Shown piece after piece: positions 61,906 to 61,953 of a stretch of 61,953 nt of DNA. Position numbers and translations under genes: made by a program. The stretch lies in IMG/VR virus record IMGVR_UViG_3300045988_087611; one strand, 5' to 3'. How positions within the stretch are numbered: the stretch's first letter is position 1; each line of letters starts with the position of its first letter. The notes under the pieces were generated by a model, which ran no database searches, was not told where the DNA came from, and was given only the letters and a program-made list of their open reading frames with translations. This DNA is from a virus.

Positions 61906-61953
61906 CAAAAGTTTACCATCAGGAAGGAGTGAAATATATGCCCAAAAGTGCCA
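61855..61953. repeat. Terminal overlap copy 2 (identical to 1-99)
   Basis: Exact 99-nt match to the window start. The length is typical of a k-mer overlap in a circular contig. Confidence 0.95.

Larger units (their letters stand above)
1..61953. mobile_element. Complete temperate contractile-tailed phage genome (PBSX-like tail, Mu-like portal/MuF head genes), circular assembly
   Basis: Integrase, repressor switch, terminase, portal, capsid, sheath/tube/baseplate and lysis genes are all present. The 99-nt ends are identical. Confidence 0.85.

Noticed and set aside
61855-61953. Terminal 99-nt repeat as a biological direct terminal repeat or attL/attR pair.
   Set aside because: It bisects a coding sequence and the following RBS, and its exact 99-nt length is typical of an assembler k-mer overlap. 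Circularisation is the simpler explanation.

Overview
The window is one complete temperate tailed-phage genome assembled as a circle. Bases 1-99 repeat exactly at 61855-61953, so the unique length is 61,854 bp. It is GC-rich, and almost every gene lies on the + strand. Only the integrase, a cI-like repressor and a 28-aa type I toxin are on the - strand.

Module order:
- 61.0-61.9 kb and 0-1 kb: lysogeny switch (int, cI-like and cro-like genes, divergent promoters with TTTCC-N5-GGAAA operators).
- 0.1-16.9 kb: early, recombination and replication genes. These include SLT, an XRE-sigma fusion, an SMC-like ATPase, RecT, an MBL-fold nuclease, a replisome organiser, a DnaC-like loader, RecU, a DUF5131 radical-SAM-like protein, many small Cys-rich proteins and an ArpU-like late regulator.
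- 17-20.8 kb: ParB-DNA methyltransferase, TerS and TerL.
- 20.8-23.3 kb: an inserted P22 immI-like module (RHH repressor plus Bro-N antirepressor), followed by about 550 bp of repeat-dense non-coding DNA.
- 23.3-34.6 kb: head module. It includes a 1139-aa MuF fusion protein carrying a HipA/PI3-4-kinase-like domain and an unassigned C-terminal domain.
- 34.8-48.8 kb: PBSX-like contractile tail and baseplate.
- 48.66-51.25 kb: a complete diversity-generating retroelement (VR in the tail-fibre C-terminus, RHH, Avd-like gene, TR, RT).
- 52.3-54.2 kb: lysis genes.
- 54.2-59.7 kb: accessory island. It holds a type I toxin-antitoxin, small genes that share a conserved start-associated leader, DUF3560- and DUF2786-like proteins, an ADP-ribosylglycohydrolase and an RHH protein.

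I saw no tRNA, rRNA or CRISPR array. All domain calls come from reading motifs by eye; no database search was run.
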